A stretch of DNA of 64,000 nucleotides from Raja brachyura (Eukaryota): positions 70,928,001 to 70,992,000 of the forward strand of contig OY740787.1 in assembly GCA_963514005.1 (NCBI GenBank), read 5' to 3'. The notes under the pieces were generated by a model, which saw only the letters and a program-made list of their open reading frames with translations, did not search any database and was not told where the DNA came from. The position numbers and the translations under genes were made by a program. Shown here piece by piece: positions 15,001 through 27,199 of this stretch (positions are counted from its first letter, which is position 1; every line of letters begins with the position of its first letter).

Positions 15001-16139
15001 TCGTGGATCACTCGTTCCAGCGGCATTAACTGCCATGACACGGAATGTATACTCTTCATTTTCATTAAGATTCTTTGCAACATAATCTAAAGTCTTCACT
15101 TTTGCTAGAGCCAACCATTTTTCAGAATCTTTTTTCTGTGCCTCAAGTACATATCCTGTAATTTTGCTACCACCATCATGTTCTGGTTTTGGCCAAGCTA
15201 GGCTAACAGTATGCTTTGTTATATCCATGATATGCAAACGCTCTGGAGGTAATGGGGCTTCAGATGCTTTTAAAGGATCAACAGTCTCAGCTGGCTCACC
15301 TATGCCGTATTCATTTTCAGCCATTACTCTGAAATAGTATTGACACCCTTCTGACAAATTGATGATTTTGAGTGAACATTTCTGACAATTAGTTGCAAAG
15401 GTAGTGTATGCCTTACGAGTTGATTCACGTTTTTCTACAATGTAGTTGATTATTTTTGAACCACCATCAATCATTGGCGTATCCCACTGCATTGTAATGC
15501 TGTCTTTTGTTATTTCTCTGGCTCTGAGGTTTAAAGGTGGTCCTGGTGTATCTAGGACTTTTACATTTACAAAACCACTCTTTTTACCAGCAACATTTTC
15601 AAGACACATTGTATACTTTCCAGCATCATATCTGGTGCATTCCGGAATAAGTAGGAATGTGTATGAATCTGTATTTTCTACAGTGGCACGGCCTTTAACA
15701 GGGACGTCTCCTTTAAACCATGTGACATCAGGAGTTGGTCGCCCCTTGATTGGAACGAAAATGCGAATGGTTGTTCCAGCTCTGACAACAAGGGTTCTTC
15801 TTAACTCAGTATCTAACTCAAAATCAGGTCCTTCTTCACGTTCCTTAATTTCAGTGACATCTTCAACTTGTGCAGGCTCACCCACACCCACTGCATTGAG
15901 TGCACTAACTCTAAAGTGATATTTTTCTCCTGACTGAAGATTAGCAACAACAAATTCTGTTATTCGGAGTGCAGTTCCTGTTGTGTCTTTTATCCAGTTT
16001 TCATCTCCCTCTTTCTTGTGTTCAACTATATAGCCAATAATGTCAAGGCCACCATCATAATGAGGTCTTCCCCAAGTTAAACTAGCAGTAGTCTTTGTTG
16101 TGTCAAGCACTCTTGGGTTAGAAGGAGGTCCAGGCACAT
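1..16139 (-). CDS. ttn: titin giant A-band exon (human exon 326 equivalent): last Fn3 of C2, C3-C6 and most of C7; continues off the left edge
   Basis: Acceptor cttacag|AT GTG CCT GGA (YVPGPPSN); the same frame at position 1 reads VYDLRVKAAGLREG; no ORF-track entry ends in this frame, implying no stop in 5,379 codons. Confidence 0.97.
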
Positions 16140-16235
16140 CTGTAAGAATAAATTATTTATTTTGATTTAACAATGCCTTGATTCACAGATTTTTTTTGAA
16201 AATACATTTAAAAATAATGTAAATGTAATCCTTAC

Positions 16236-16538
16236 ATGCAACATCTTTTGTTAATACTGGTTGTGATGGATCACTTGGTGGACCAAAGCCTGCCTTATTC
16301 TCTGCAGTGACACGGAATTCATACTCAGTTTCTTCAGTGAGTCCAGTTACTTTATGTCGTAGATCCGAGATTGGTTTCTTTGTTACTCTAATCCACCTGA
16401 GACCTTTCTTCTCTTTACGTTCCACAATGTACCCTGTGATTTCACTACCACCATCATTAACTGGTCTCTTCCAGCCAATAGTAACTGTATTCTTGGTAAC
16501 ATTAGTCACCTCAGGCTTGGCAGGCGGTCCAGGAGGAC
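16236..16538 (-). CDS. ttn: titin exon (~ex325), Fn3
   Basis: AG/GT bounded, 303 nt, [10 protein letters not shown]...KDVA. Confidence 0.93.
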
Positions 16539-16633
16539 CTGAAAGAAGAATATCACAACAGCAGTTTACATTTTTGTCAAGCTAAATACATAAAACTAGT
16601 GCAAAGCTTCAGATTTAAAAAATAATGTATTAC

Positions 16634-17221
16634 CAAAACTATCCACTATCTTAACAGGTTCTGCCTGCGCTGGCTCGCCAACTCCAAACTGATTTACAGC
16701 AGAGATGCGGAAGATATATTCATTTCCTTGTATGAGTTTGCTCGCTACGTATCTACAACTTGGAATATCTTCAGCAACCAAAGTCCAGAGTAGACGACTG
16801 GTTTCTCTCTTTTCAATTGTGTAAGATTTGATTGGAGAACCGCCATCTTCAGCTGGTGGTAACCAATTTAGGGTAACTTTCTCAGATGAAACGTTGCTTA
16901 TTTCAATAGGTCCAGGAGGACCTGGAACATCTAACACTTTCACACGTACATTTTCTTCTTTGGTCCCGAATGGATTGCTTGCAGTAATAGTATATTCACC
17001 AGAATCTTTTCTGGTGGCATATTTAATGGATAGTGTTGAGCTTGTTGGCATTTCTTCAATGTGGACAATGTCAGAAACCTTGAAATCTTTTCCTCCCTTA
17101 GACCACACTGACGTAGGTGGAGGTTTGCCAAGAATACTTGTTGCCGTGATTATAATAGTATCACCCGCTTTAACTGTTAAGCCTTCTTTAACCGTTGGAT
17201 CAATCACAATAGTTGGTGACA
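16634..17221 (-). CDS. ttn: titin exon (~ex324), Ig+Fn3
   Basis: 588 nt, [10 protein letters not shown]...KIVDSF. Confidence 0.93.
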
Positions 17222-17311
17222 CTGTGGAGTAAAGAATATTAATTAATAATAAAACTTTTTTCCACTTTTAATTATGCATTCATGTGGGGGTGATGAGGGA
17301 AAATTACATAC

Positions 17312-17608
17312 CATATTCATCCTGGCAGATAATAGTTCCTGTTGTTTCAGATGGCAGACTAATTGCACCTGCTGCGTTCTTTGCCTTGATACGGAATTCA
17401 TACTTGCATCCCTCAGTAAGGTCATTAACAGTAAAAGCACACTCTTGAACGTTAACATGATTTGCTTTCAACCAAGCCTTTGAAGGCAGGGCACGTTTCT
17501 CAACAATGTAGCCAATTAGTTTGTGACCACCATCGTATGTTGGCTCAGTCCATATTAAGGTCACAGAGTTGCGGGTTACATTAATTACCTCAGGTTTTCC
17601 AGGAGGAT
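17312..17608 (-). CDS. ttn: titin exon (~ex323), Fn3
   Basis: 297 nt, DPPGKPEV...CQDEY. Confidence 0.93.
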
Positions 17609-17699
17609 CTGAAAATAAGCATTTTATATGTCAATTGATGATGTTGTCATGTATAATATGGAATGTTATATGAGCAATTGCGCAATGGCCTTCACCTAC

Positions 17700-17897
17700 C
17701 AATTGGATCAAGAGTAGTTACGGGATGTGATGGTGCACTTGGTTTGCCAATACCAGCTAAGTTAATTGCCATAACTCTAAATTCATATTCAAGACCTTCA
17801 GTCAGACCTGGTACTCTAAGATCCCTCATTCTTAGTGGTGTCTTACTTGCTCGCTTCCAAAGGAGACTGTTTCTTTCCTTATACTCCACGTGATAGC
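17700..17897 (-). CDS. ttn: titin exon (~ex322), C-terminal half of Fn3
   Basis: 198 nt, [14 protein letters not shown]...LDPI. Confidence 0.92.
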
Positions 17898-17976
17898 CTG
17901 TTTCAAAATTAGAATAAATGTTATAAAATTATTGTGTTTAATTATTGGTGTAAAGCGAGATATATATTCCTTGTAC

Positions 17977-18081
17977 CTGTAATAGGGGATCCACCATTCC
18001 TCTTCGGATCCAACCATGTCAGGGAGACAGAGTCATGTCTGACTGCAACTATTTCGGGTGGCAAAGGAGCATCGGGCACAT
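17977..18081 (-). CDS. ttn: titin exon (~ex321), N-terminal half of Fn3
   Basis: 105 nt, [11 protein letters not shown]...GGSPIT; AAG acceptor. Confidence 0.9.
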
Positions 18082-18172
18082 CTTGGGGAAGGGGAATGAG
18101 AAATACCAGTCAGTTTTAAAACAAATATCACACTGCAATCAAAATGTAGTTGCAAACTTGATTGATACTTAC

Positions 18173-18760
18173 CAAATGGATGCCTGGCTATGACAGGGTT
18201 TGATTTTAGCCCTTCGCCCACTCCATATTTATTTTCAGCACTGACTCTAAACGTATACTCTGTTCCTTCATGAAGCCTTGTAATTCTGAATGTTGTTTTT
18301 TGTACAGCAGAGGCACATGTCACCCATTTATTGGTGACATTATCCCGCTTTTCCAAAATATAATTAGTTATTTCTGCACCACCGTCATCCTTAGGAGCGG
18401 CCCAGCTTAAAGTAATTGCATCTGCTGTTACTTCGTTGAAACGTATTGGTGCAGTCGGTATTCCAGGTTTTCCAACTACTTTCATGAAGATTGTTGCTTC
18501 TTTAGTGCCAGCAGAATTCTTCAAGTTAATTGTGTATTTTCCAGCATCATTCTTATGACATTCCCGGACTGTAAGGGTTGTATAAACTGCTGAGGATTCC
18601 ACAGATACTCTTCCACTTTCCTGCAGCTGGTCTTCACCTCTCCTCCACGTTACTTTTGGTGCAGGTTTCCCACTGATTGGAATCTTTATACGGACATTAC
18701 TTCCCTCCTTGGCAATGTATGTTAGATCAGGGATGTCTTTTAGATCAATACCTGGAGGAA
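18173..18760 (-). CDS. ttn: titin exon (~ex320), Ig+Fn3
   Basis: 588 nt, [13 protein letters not shown]...ARHPF. Confidence 0.93.
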
Positions 18761-19088
18761 CTGTTAAGTTAAAGAGTATAATTTAGTCTAGAAAATACAA
18801 ATGACAGCTTTTACAATAAGATTTAGAAACCTTTGCTATGTGTTAATGATAACCCAAAATGTTTTAATAAGTAAAATCTTAAGGTGAATACACTCTATGT
18901 TAAAAGAATTGACAACCTTGGGTGATAACAATTAAAAAATATTATTTTAATAGCTCATGGCCACCTTTACAATGATCAAAATCACAAACTCTATTTGGCT
19001 TTAATTATGAACCAAATGTGTTTTATTTATCTTTGGAACGTTCTCAGCAGTGGTGGAAACAATATGTATATCCTATAACAGCAACACG

Positions 19089-19708
19089 AGTAACAGTGTT
19101 AACCTAAAACCATAATAATCACTTAAGATGTTTTGATTTTAATTTAACCCTTCACAAATGGTTCAGTTAGATCTTGACTATTTAGCACTGTATCTCACTT
19201 CCATTTACCTATTATTGATGCATATCTATGTCTCTGAAATTATCTCAGCAAAGGCTTATCTTGAAATGCTGAATTTAACTACCGTTTTGATTTATTTCAG
19301 GTAAACCTCCACCTCCTTTTTTCCTGAGGCATGATCCCCTGAGTTCAGCTCAATACTTTAGATGGGGTTTGGCCAAATTTCTATATAATGACGTGCAACT
19401 TCCTCCCCTGTATTCCAATCCTTACCAGCAATTAACTAGGACTGAGTGTTTTATGTATCTGGACGTAAATCCATTAGAGATAGCTCTACTCTCTTGCCAT
19501 TAATGCTCTTGCACTTGATTTGCCTTTCCTAGGTCTCATATTGCTTTCTTCTGCATAATGTTATAACATTATTTCTGGAACGCTGTAGAATTAATACTGA
19601 TAAATTGATCAAACAAAATGTAATTGTTTCATCTACTGGTGGTGAGGTTTCCAATTAAAATCAAAACATCTTAAAGGATTATTGTGGTTTTAGGTTAATA
19701 CTGCTACT
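19089..19708. repeat. intronic inverted repeat, 56-bp arms (19089-19144 / 19653-19708)
   Basis: 51/56 identity between arm 1 and the reverse complement of arm 2; ~510-bp spacer. Confidence 0.85.
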
Positions 19709-19877
19709 TGTTAATTATATTACATTCCTGGGCCCAGTCTTCTAGTTGGACATCCTCCTATGATTTCCCAATTGTTTGCCATGTGCACTGTTACTTGATC
19801 TATCGTGAATATAGGTGAACGTTTGGTAAACTCTGCACTATTTGTTGATCATCTATACATGTAGGAAGGCCACACAA

Positions 19878-21437
19878 TAGAAACATAGAAAATAGGTGCA
19901 GGAGGAGACCATTCATTGTGATCATGGCTGATCGTCCCCAATCAATAACCCGAGCTCTATCCAACTCTCTCTTAAATCCATCCAGTGATTTGGCCTCCAC
20001 TGCCCTCTGTGGCAGGGAATTCCACAAATTCACAATTCTCTGGGTGAAAAAGTTTTTCTCACCTCAGTCTTAAATGGCCTCCCCTTTATTCTAAGACCAT
20101 GTGGCCCCTGGTTCTGTACTCACCCAACATTGGGAACATTTTTCCTGCATCTAGCTTGTCCAGTCTTTTTATAATTTTATATATTTCTATAAGATCTCCC
20201 CTCATCCTTCTAAAATCCAGTGAATATAAGCCTCGTCTTTGCAATCTTTCCTCATATGACAGTCCCGCCATCCCAGAGATCAATCTCGTGAACCTACGCT
20301 GCACTGCCTCAATCACAAGGATGTCCTTCCTCAAATTAGGAGACCAAAACTGTACACAATACTCCAGATGTGATCTTACTAGAGCCCTATACAACTGCAG
20401 AAGAACCTCTTTACTCATATACTGAAATCCTCTTGTTATGAAGGCCAACATTCCATTAGCTTTCTTCACTGCCTGCTGTACCGGCATGCCAACTTTCAGT
20501 GACCAGTGTACAAGGACACCCAGGTCTCGCTGCACCTCCCCCTTACCAAACCTAACCCCATTGAGATAATAACCTGCCCCCTTGTTTTTGCTGCCAAAAT
20601 GGATAACCACACATTTATCTATATTATACTGCACCTGCCACGCATCTGCCCACTCACTCAGCCTGTCCAGGTCACCATGCAACCTCCTAACATACTCTTC
20701 ACAGTTCACACTGCCACCCAGCTTTGTGCCATCCGCAAAATTGCTAGTGTTGCTCCGAATTCCCTCTTCCAAATCATTAATATATATGGTGAACAGTTGC
20801 GGCCCCAACACCGAGCCTTGCGGCACTCCACTCGCCACTGCTTGCCATTCCGAAAAGGACCCGTTCACTCCTGTTTGCTTCCTGTCTGCCAACAAATTTT
20901 CTATCCACGTCAACACCCTACCCCCAATACCATATGCTCTAATTTTAGTCACCAGTCTCCCGTGCAGGACCTAATCAAATGCTTCCTGAAAGTCTAGATA
21001 CACTACATCCGCTGGCTCCCCTTTATCCATTTTTCTTGTCACATCCTCAAAAAATTCTAGAAGATTAGTCAAGCATGATTTCCCTTTCATAAATCCATGT
21101 TGGACTAATCCTTTTACTGCTATCCAAATGCCCCATTATTACCTTTTCAATAATAAACTCCAGCATCTTTCCCACCACTGAAGTCAGGCTAACTGGTCTG
21201 TAATTCCCCATTTTCTTTCTCGCTCCTTTCTTGAAAAGTGGGATAACATTAGCTATCCTCCAATCCACAGGAACTGATCCTGAATCCATTGAACATTGGA
21301 AAATGATCACCAATGCATCCACTATTTCTAGAGCCACCTCCATGAGGACCCTGGGATGCAGACCATCAGGCCCAGGGGATTTATCATCCTTCAATCCCAT
21401 TAGCCTACCCAATACTATTTCTCGCCAAATGAAAATT
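19878..21437 (-). mobile_element. CR1-clade LINE, 5'-truncated, frameshifted ORF2 (reverse transcriptase) plus 3' tail
   Basis: ORFs 21065..21412 (KSPGPDGLHPRVL, NYRPVSLTSVVGK) and 20086..20952 (GVPQGSVLGP.LF, FADGTKLGG, LEYCVQFWSP); 3' end ..ctcctgcacctattttctatgtttcta, typical of elasmobranch CR1. Confidence 0.93.
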
Positions 21438-21734
21438 TATTTGGTCGATGTATGAATAATTCCTGAGATATTATGGTCAACCACCATCAATTTATTAATT
21501 TCGTTCAAATGCATGCATTATTTGACAAAGAATAGATAATTTTCCTGAAATTCTAGAAAATATAATTTTTTCAATGAAATAGTGTCTATTTATCTCAATT
21601 CCAGTTATTTTTCACTGATTAACATGATAACACTTAGAATTTACTGGCTGTAAATACACTTTAAATCATTCTGAGTAATATGATAATGTGTTATATAAAC
21701 ATTCCTTTCTATCTATATCTAGTTTGGTAATTCT

Positions 21735-22950
21735 CATTATTCAAATCATCAATTATTGATAAAACGTTTATCCATTTGGAAAGATTAGGAATTAAAACAA
21801 TAGGAGATATGTATGATATGGGAAAACTTGTATCATTCCAACAATTACAACTAAAATATAATTTGAAAAATAATTAATATTTCAAATATCTTCAAATTCA
21901 AGATTATTTGAAGAAATATATACAAGGATATCAAACCCTAACCCCAGATTTATTGGAGGAAGGAATGAATAGAAAGGCAGAATCAAGCAATTTAATATCT
22001 TACTTATATAATATAATTTTAAATATAGAAACACCAACGACAGAGGCAATTAGAAGGACTGGGAACAAGAGTTATTGATAGAAATTCCTAATGATAGATG
22101 GGAAACAAATGTATTATATGTAAATAAATGTTCAATTAATGTAAGACATAACCTAATTCAATTTAAAATTTGACATCGATTATATTATTCTAAAACTAGA
22201 CTGAATAAAATATTCTCAAATGTTTCCCCCATCTGTGACAAATTTCTAACTCAAAATGCCACTATAGCACATTCCTTTGTCTCTTGTATAAAACTGTATA
22301 AATTTTGGAATGAAATTTTTGGAATTTTTACAAAACTATTTAACACAAAATTGAACCCCAATACAGAACTGATTATCTTTGGATCAATGGAAGAGGGAAG
22401 TAAACTATATTCCAAGAAGTTTTCTTAATTACGGTCTAATAACAGCAAAAAAACTTATACTCAAATTTTGGAAAAACGCAACCACGCCAACATTCAAAAT
22501 GTGGATGTCAAATATGTCTGAAACGCTTCATCTTGAAGAAATGAGATTTCTCCTACTAGGCAAAGTAGACCAATTCTCAAAGACTTGGTCTCCTTTTACC
22601 AACCTTTTACAAGCATATGGTGCAACATAGCATAACCTTAGAAATTAAATGATTTAGAACCGGGTGACGGATGGGCAAAAATACGAAATAGGTAGATCTC
22701 TCCTAATCTCTCTTTTCTTTACTTTCTCCTTCTATTTCAATCTTTTCAACTTCTCTTCTATGTCCTATATTTCTTTTGCTATCTGTTTCTACTCGCTTGT
22801 CTATCTATTCCGACACTCTTTATTTATTTTTACTCCCACTGTTCTTTTATTATTAAATCAAAAATACGAAGTTGTACGAGAATGGAAATATGTATGTATG
22901 TATTAGATACCACACTATTGTACTTCTAACAAAAATAAACCAAAAAAAAA
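21735..22950 (+). mobile_element. L1-clade LINE 3' fragment (decayed ORF2 C-terminus, 3' UTR, poly-A)
   Basis: Decayed frame ..SFQQLQLKYNL..FKYLQIQ..LIQFKI*HRLYYSKTRL..SPICDK..AHSFVSC..AKKLILKFWK..WSPF, resembling fish L1 ORF2 with a zinc-knuckle region; ends aataaaccaaaaaaaaa; 5' boundary approximate. Confidence 0.85.
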
Positions 22951-23186
22951 TGTTGTTTATCCTACTTTTCAATGCATTACATCTGTAATTCAATTTGTAT
23001 TTATTCCAGGATAAAGCATAAGCATCAATTAATTTAATGTAAATAACATATTATATTGAAGTAAATAGCATCAACTTTCTTTCTTGACATTGAGTATTCA
23101 TCTCATGCAGTACTGCCACATTTTCCTACACATAACAGAAGATGTGCTCAGGAGCATGCTATTAGAATAACGTTAAGAATACTCAC

Positions 23187-23474
23187 CAACTTGATCCTTT
23201 GCCAGGATTGTAATTTCACGTGGTACACTGTATCCTGCACCATTCTGCGATATTACTCTGAAAGTGTATTCTTTCCCTTCTTGCAGATCATTCATTTGAA
23301 ATTGCATATTCTTGGACCTCATCAACTCACACCATTTATCCCCTTCAAGCATTTTTTCAACAACATAACTAATAATTCGAGATCCACCATCAGTTGTTGG
23401 TTTCTTCCACACCAAAGTGCATGATTTCTTAGATATAGCTGAAGCTTTCAAGTCTACCACTGGCCCTGGCTCCT
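23187..23474 (-). CDS. ttn: titin exon (~ex319), Fn3
   Basis: 288 nt, [10 protein letters not shown]...AKDQV. Confidence 0.93.
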
Positions 23475-23591
23475 CTGCATTAAGAAAATGTGTTGTTATT
23501 AATAGAAAATTATTGCAATTTTAAGTTTTCTGTTTGACATTCTGAAAAATAATTATGCTACATCCTGAAGTCAGAACTTTTTATTTCTTAC

Positions 23592-23882
23592 CTGAAGCTT
23601 TCACAGCATTTTTTGTCTCGCATGGTTCACCGATGCCATATTCATTTTCAGCTAGTACTCTGAAAAAGTAATATTTACTCTCTTCCAAGTTGATAACTCT
23701 GAAACTTGTCTTGGAACATTCAGTTGCTACAGTTGACCATGCCTTTCTTTCTGCATCTCGTTTCTCTACAATGTAATTTTTTACTGGACTGCCGCCATCA
23801 ATAAGAGGAGGATCCCAGGATATAACAGCATGATCTTTAGCTGTTTCCTTAACGATAAGATTAATTGGAGGACCAGGAGTGT
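23592..23882 (-). CDS. ttn: titin exon (~ex318), Fn3
   Basis: 291 nt, DTPGPPINL...AVKAS. Confidence 0.93.
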
Positions 23883-23989
23883 CTAATTTAAAAGGTAAAA
23901 GCAAGTAAGTAGCTGCCTCATAGAATAAAACAATCAACTAACTCTAAATTAATAAAATATTACTTTTTATGAAATAATTAATAACTTAC

Positions 23990-24277
23990 CAAGAACCTTT
24001 ACAATAATTGTGTATGCCTTTACTCCACTGCTATTTTCTAAAGTTAAAATGTATTTTCCAGCATCGTATTTATTCACATTCTCACAGTATAACATTGTGT
24101 CATAATCTGAAGTTCTGATTTCAAGTCCTTGTCTATCTTTGATGTTGGCATCCATCTTAGCCCAACTAATCTTTGGTGTAGGTCGGCCTCTCACTGGCAC
24201 GTAGATTCGCATTGTGACACCAGCACGCAGAACAAGTACCTTCCTTAAGTCAGCATCGAGATCTGCTTCAGGAGCAA
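23990..24277 (-). CDS. ttn: titin exon (~ex317), Ig starting C-zone repeat 2
   Basis: 288 nt, [19 protein letters not shown]...VKVL. Confidence 0.93.
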
Positions 24278-24419
24278 CTGTTCAGGAAAATAAGTAATGA
24301 AATCTCTATTACCATATTTAGTATGTGCATCAGTGATGTACATCTAACAGATCACAGAACCAGAGTCATCTGCCTTGCCGTCTTATTGCACCATTGAGAA
24401 CTCTCTTCATCATAGGGTG

Positions 24420-24595
24420 GGGTAATAAAGTCTTTGAATCTTTTCAAGGCCAAAATAGAATCTTGGTAAGTACGGAACAAGATTACAGGGATGGGCAGGA
24501 ATGTAGAACTGAGTTTACAATCAGAGCAGCCTTGAACTTATAAATGATGGAAGATACTTGAGAGGCTAAGTGGCCTACTCCTGCTCCTAATTTGT
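24420..24595 (+). mobile_element. old CR1 / CR1-dependent SINE 3' tail
   Basis: ..atcagagcagccttgaact..gagaggctaagtggcctactcctgctcctaatt matches the 3' tail motif of the 63.5 kb and 19.9 kb copies. Confidence 0.65.
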
Positions 24596-25020
24596 TTTTT
24601 TTGCTCTATACCCATGCTACTCCCAACCCCACCGAACACCTTTCATTATGGTACGGAATGGTTTTGATAGTTTTCCATGAATCCCTTTCCATAGTTCTTC
24701 CTAGTGCAATAACTTCAGTTCCAGGACTATAAAACAAAAGTGAAAGAAAGTGGCATGCAAGAGAGGTGGAGATATTAACTCAGAAACAGGAAAGGATAAT
24801 AACAGAAACCCAGACAGATTAAAAGAATGGAAGTGCAGAATTGAAATTATTCTTTCAGATAGTTGACCACGAACATTTGAAATTATGGTATGAGATTCCA
24901 TTCTACATTAATTTAGTTGTTTGAAATTGACCAGGGAATCAGCAATAGGACAGATATCTAACGTGTTGGTTATTTTATGACACACCATTTAATTTCCTAC
25001 ATATTAATTTTGAAACTTAC

Positions 25021-25326
25021 TCAGTATATCCTTGGCTGTATGTTTTTCAGGCACTTCGCTTGGATCACTGAAACCTATTTTGTTAACTGCACTTACACGG
25101 AACTGATATTCAGTTCCATCACATAGTCCTGTTGCAGTATAGTTTGTTTCATGGAGAGCCCGTGGAATATTGCATTTTATCCAGTTTTCAGCATCAGCAC
25201 GTTTAACTTCAACTAGATATCCCAAAATTGGACTGCCACCATCATATGCTGGTTTACTCCATGACAAGCTGATCGTACTACGCGTTGTATCGATGACTTT
25301 TGGGAAAGCAGGAGGTCCTGGGGGAT
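25021..25326 (-). CDS. ttn: titin exon (~ex316), Fn3
   Basis: 306 nt, [10 protein letters not shown]...AKDIL. Confidence 0.93.
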
Positions 25327-25418
25327 CTAAGTGAAAATAATAATTTATATGAAATAATTGTTAGAAAAGATCACAATAAAATATACCCATATATAGAAAT
25401 GATTATATATCTGCTTAC

Positions 25419-25721
25419 ATTGAGGATCAAAAGCAATTGTTGATTTAGATGGTTCACTGGGTTTGCCTGGTCCAGCTTTATTCAAAGCAATAACTCGGTA
25501 TTCATACTCAGTTCCTTCCTGAAGTCCTGTAGCTTTAACAGTTCTTTCCAATACTGGCCTCCTATTGACTTTTGACCAGCTTACTGCACTTGCCTCACGT
25601 TTCTCCAGTAAATATCCAGTCACAGGAGAGCCACCATCGTCTGATGGGGCTTTCCAGCTAACAGTCATATGATCTTTGGTGATGTTGCTAATTATTGGAG
25701 GATCACATGGCCCAGGTACAT
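25419..25721 (-). CDS. ttn: titin exon (~ex315), Fn3
   Basis: 303 nt, DVPGPCDPP...AFDPQ. Confidence 0.93.
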
Positions 25722-25812
25722 CTACAAAGAATACACAGTATGTGTTAGATATATTTTAACTATTAATAAATTCAAAATAAAAATAGCTACAAAGCCAACA
25801 TTTTAAATTTAC

Positions 25813-26109
25813 CATATGGATTCTTGGCAACAACTGAATTTGTCAGTATTGGGTCACCAATGCCATACTTGTTTTCTGCACTGACACGGAATTGGTATTC
25901 ATGTCCTTCAATCAGCTTTTCTACACCACACTTTGTAAGTTGTACATTAGCAGTAACTTGAGCCCAATTAGGACGGCTTGTCTCACGTTTGTCAACAATG
26001 TAGTTTGTAATCTCAGCGCCACCATCTTCGAGAGGAGGTTCCCAACTCAACACAACACGATCTGAATATACATTGCCAATCTTGATAGAAGCTGGTGGAC
26101 CAGGTTTAT
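25813..26109 (-). CDS. ttn: titin exon (~ex314), Fn3
   Basis: 297 nt, DKPGPPASIK...AKNPY. Confidence 0.93.
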
Positions 26110-26373
26110 CTGTAAAAAAAAACCGCAGAAAATAAGATCTATCAATGTTTAATAAAAATATTTTTCACTGGAATAAGTAAATTTATTTTAACATTTTGTT
26201 TTTCTCCCTTTTAGTCATTAGCTTCTCAAGGAAAAATATTATTTTATTGCATGACCTTCAAGAGATATTTGTTATTTTATTAAATATTGATACACTTGCA
26301 TATTTTACAAAGCACCTGTACAGTTAGCAGTAGATTCATACATACAGTATATAAAGTAATATAATTTATTTAC

Positions 26374-26661
26374 CAAGTACTTTAAGTTTTGCGTGGGCTG
26401 ATTTGGATCCACTCTGGTTTTCTGCAATAATTGTGTACTCTCCAGTTTCTTTTCTTTGTACACTAAATAGTTCAAGTGTGCACAGATTCCTTACTCTGGT
26501 TATCTTAACGCCTTCAGCGGATGTTATTATCGTGCCATCTTTCTTCCATGTGATTTTTGGAAAAGGCTTTCCAAAGACATTAGCGTCGAGACAAACATTC
26601 GATCCAGCCTTTACAGTGATCAGTGATTTCATCACCACACCCAAATCAATTTTTGGTGCAA
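26374..26661 (-). CDS. ttn: titin exon (~ex313), Ig
   Basis: 288 nt, VAPKIDLGVVMK...LKVL. Confidence 0.93.
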
Positions 26662-26790
26662 CTGCAAATTGAAGAAAGCATGACTGTGAATATTTTTTTC
26701 CATTAGTCCACTCATTTATTTTAATGTCTTACATTATAAAATCAAAAATTAGAATAAAATTAAAAAATGATAGCGATATTAATTTTTTAC

Positions 26791-27090
26791 CATGCTCTGC
26801 CGAGATGGTCACTGGGTCTGAAGGTTCGGATGGCTTGCTCATATTAACTGCAGTCTTTGCAATAACCCTGAATTGATACTGTGTACCTTCTTCAAGACTG
26901 GTAACAGTGAATTCCTCATGAGGCACATTTTGGTAGTTAGTATTGCACCGTATCCACTTATCACCAGGCAATTTACAGGCTTCAACGTAATAGCCGATCA
27001 ATTTACTTCCACCATCGTGTTTTGGTTTTGCCCAAACAAGAGATACAGAATTATTTGTCACATCAACAGCTTCAGGTTTGCCTGGTGGAT
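26791..27090 (-). CDS. ttn: titin exon (~ex312), Fn3
   Basis: 300 nt, DPPGKPEAV...ISAEH. Confidence 0.93.
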
Positions 27091-27199
27091 CTGTTGCAGA
27101 ATAACAATATATGTGTTTTGTTATATACAAAGACAATAGAATTTAAGTTGCCGTGTTAAATTAATTTAATAACTATTTTCAATTTTTTGGAATACTTAC

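Noticed and set aside
53-17483. Dozens of plus-strand ORFs (e.g. 464..886, 6124..6837, 15446..15919) suggesting an antisense gene
   Set aside because: They are shadows of titin codons: they recur at the same positions of each super-repeat with reverse-complement motifs such as GGPG and PPS, and have no independent domain content.
20086-20952. Reverse transcriptase as a functional or novel RT system (retron, DGR, domesticated gene)
   Set aside because: It is an ordinary 5'-truncated CR1 ORF2 with frameshifts and a mutated catalytic motif (FADG instead of FADD).
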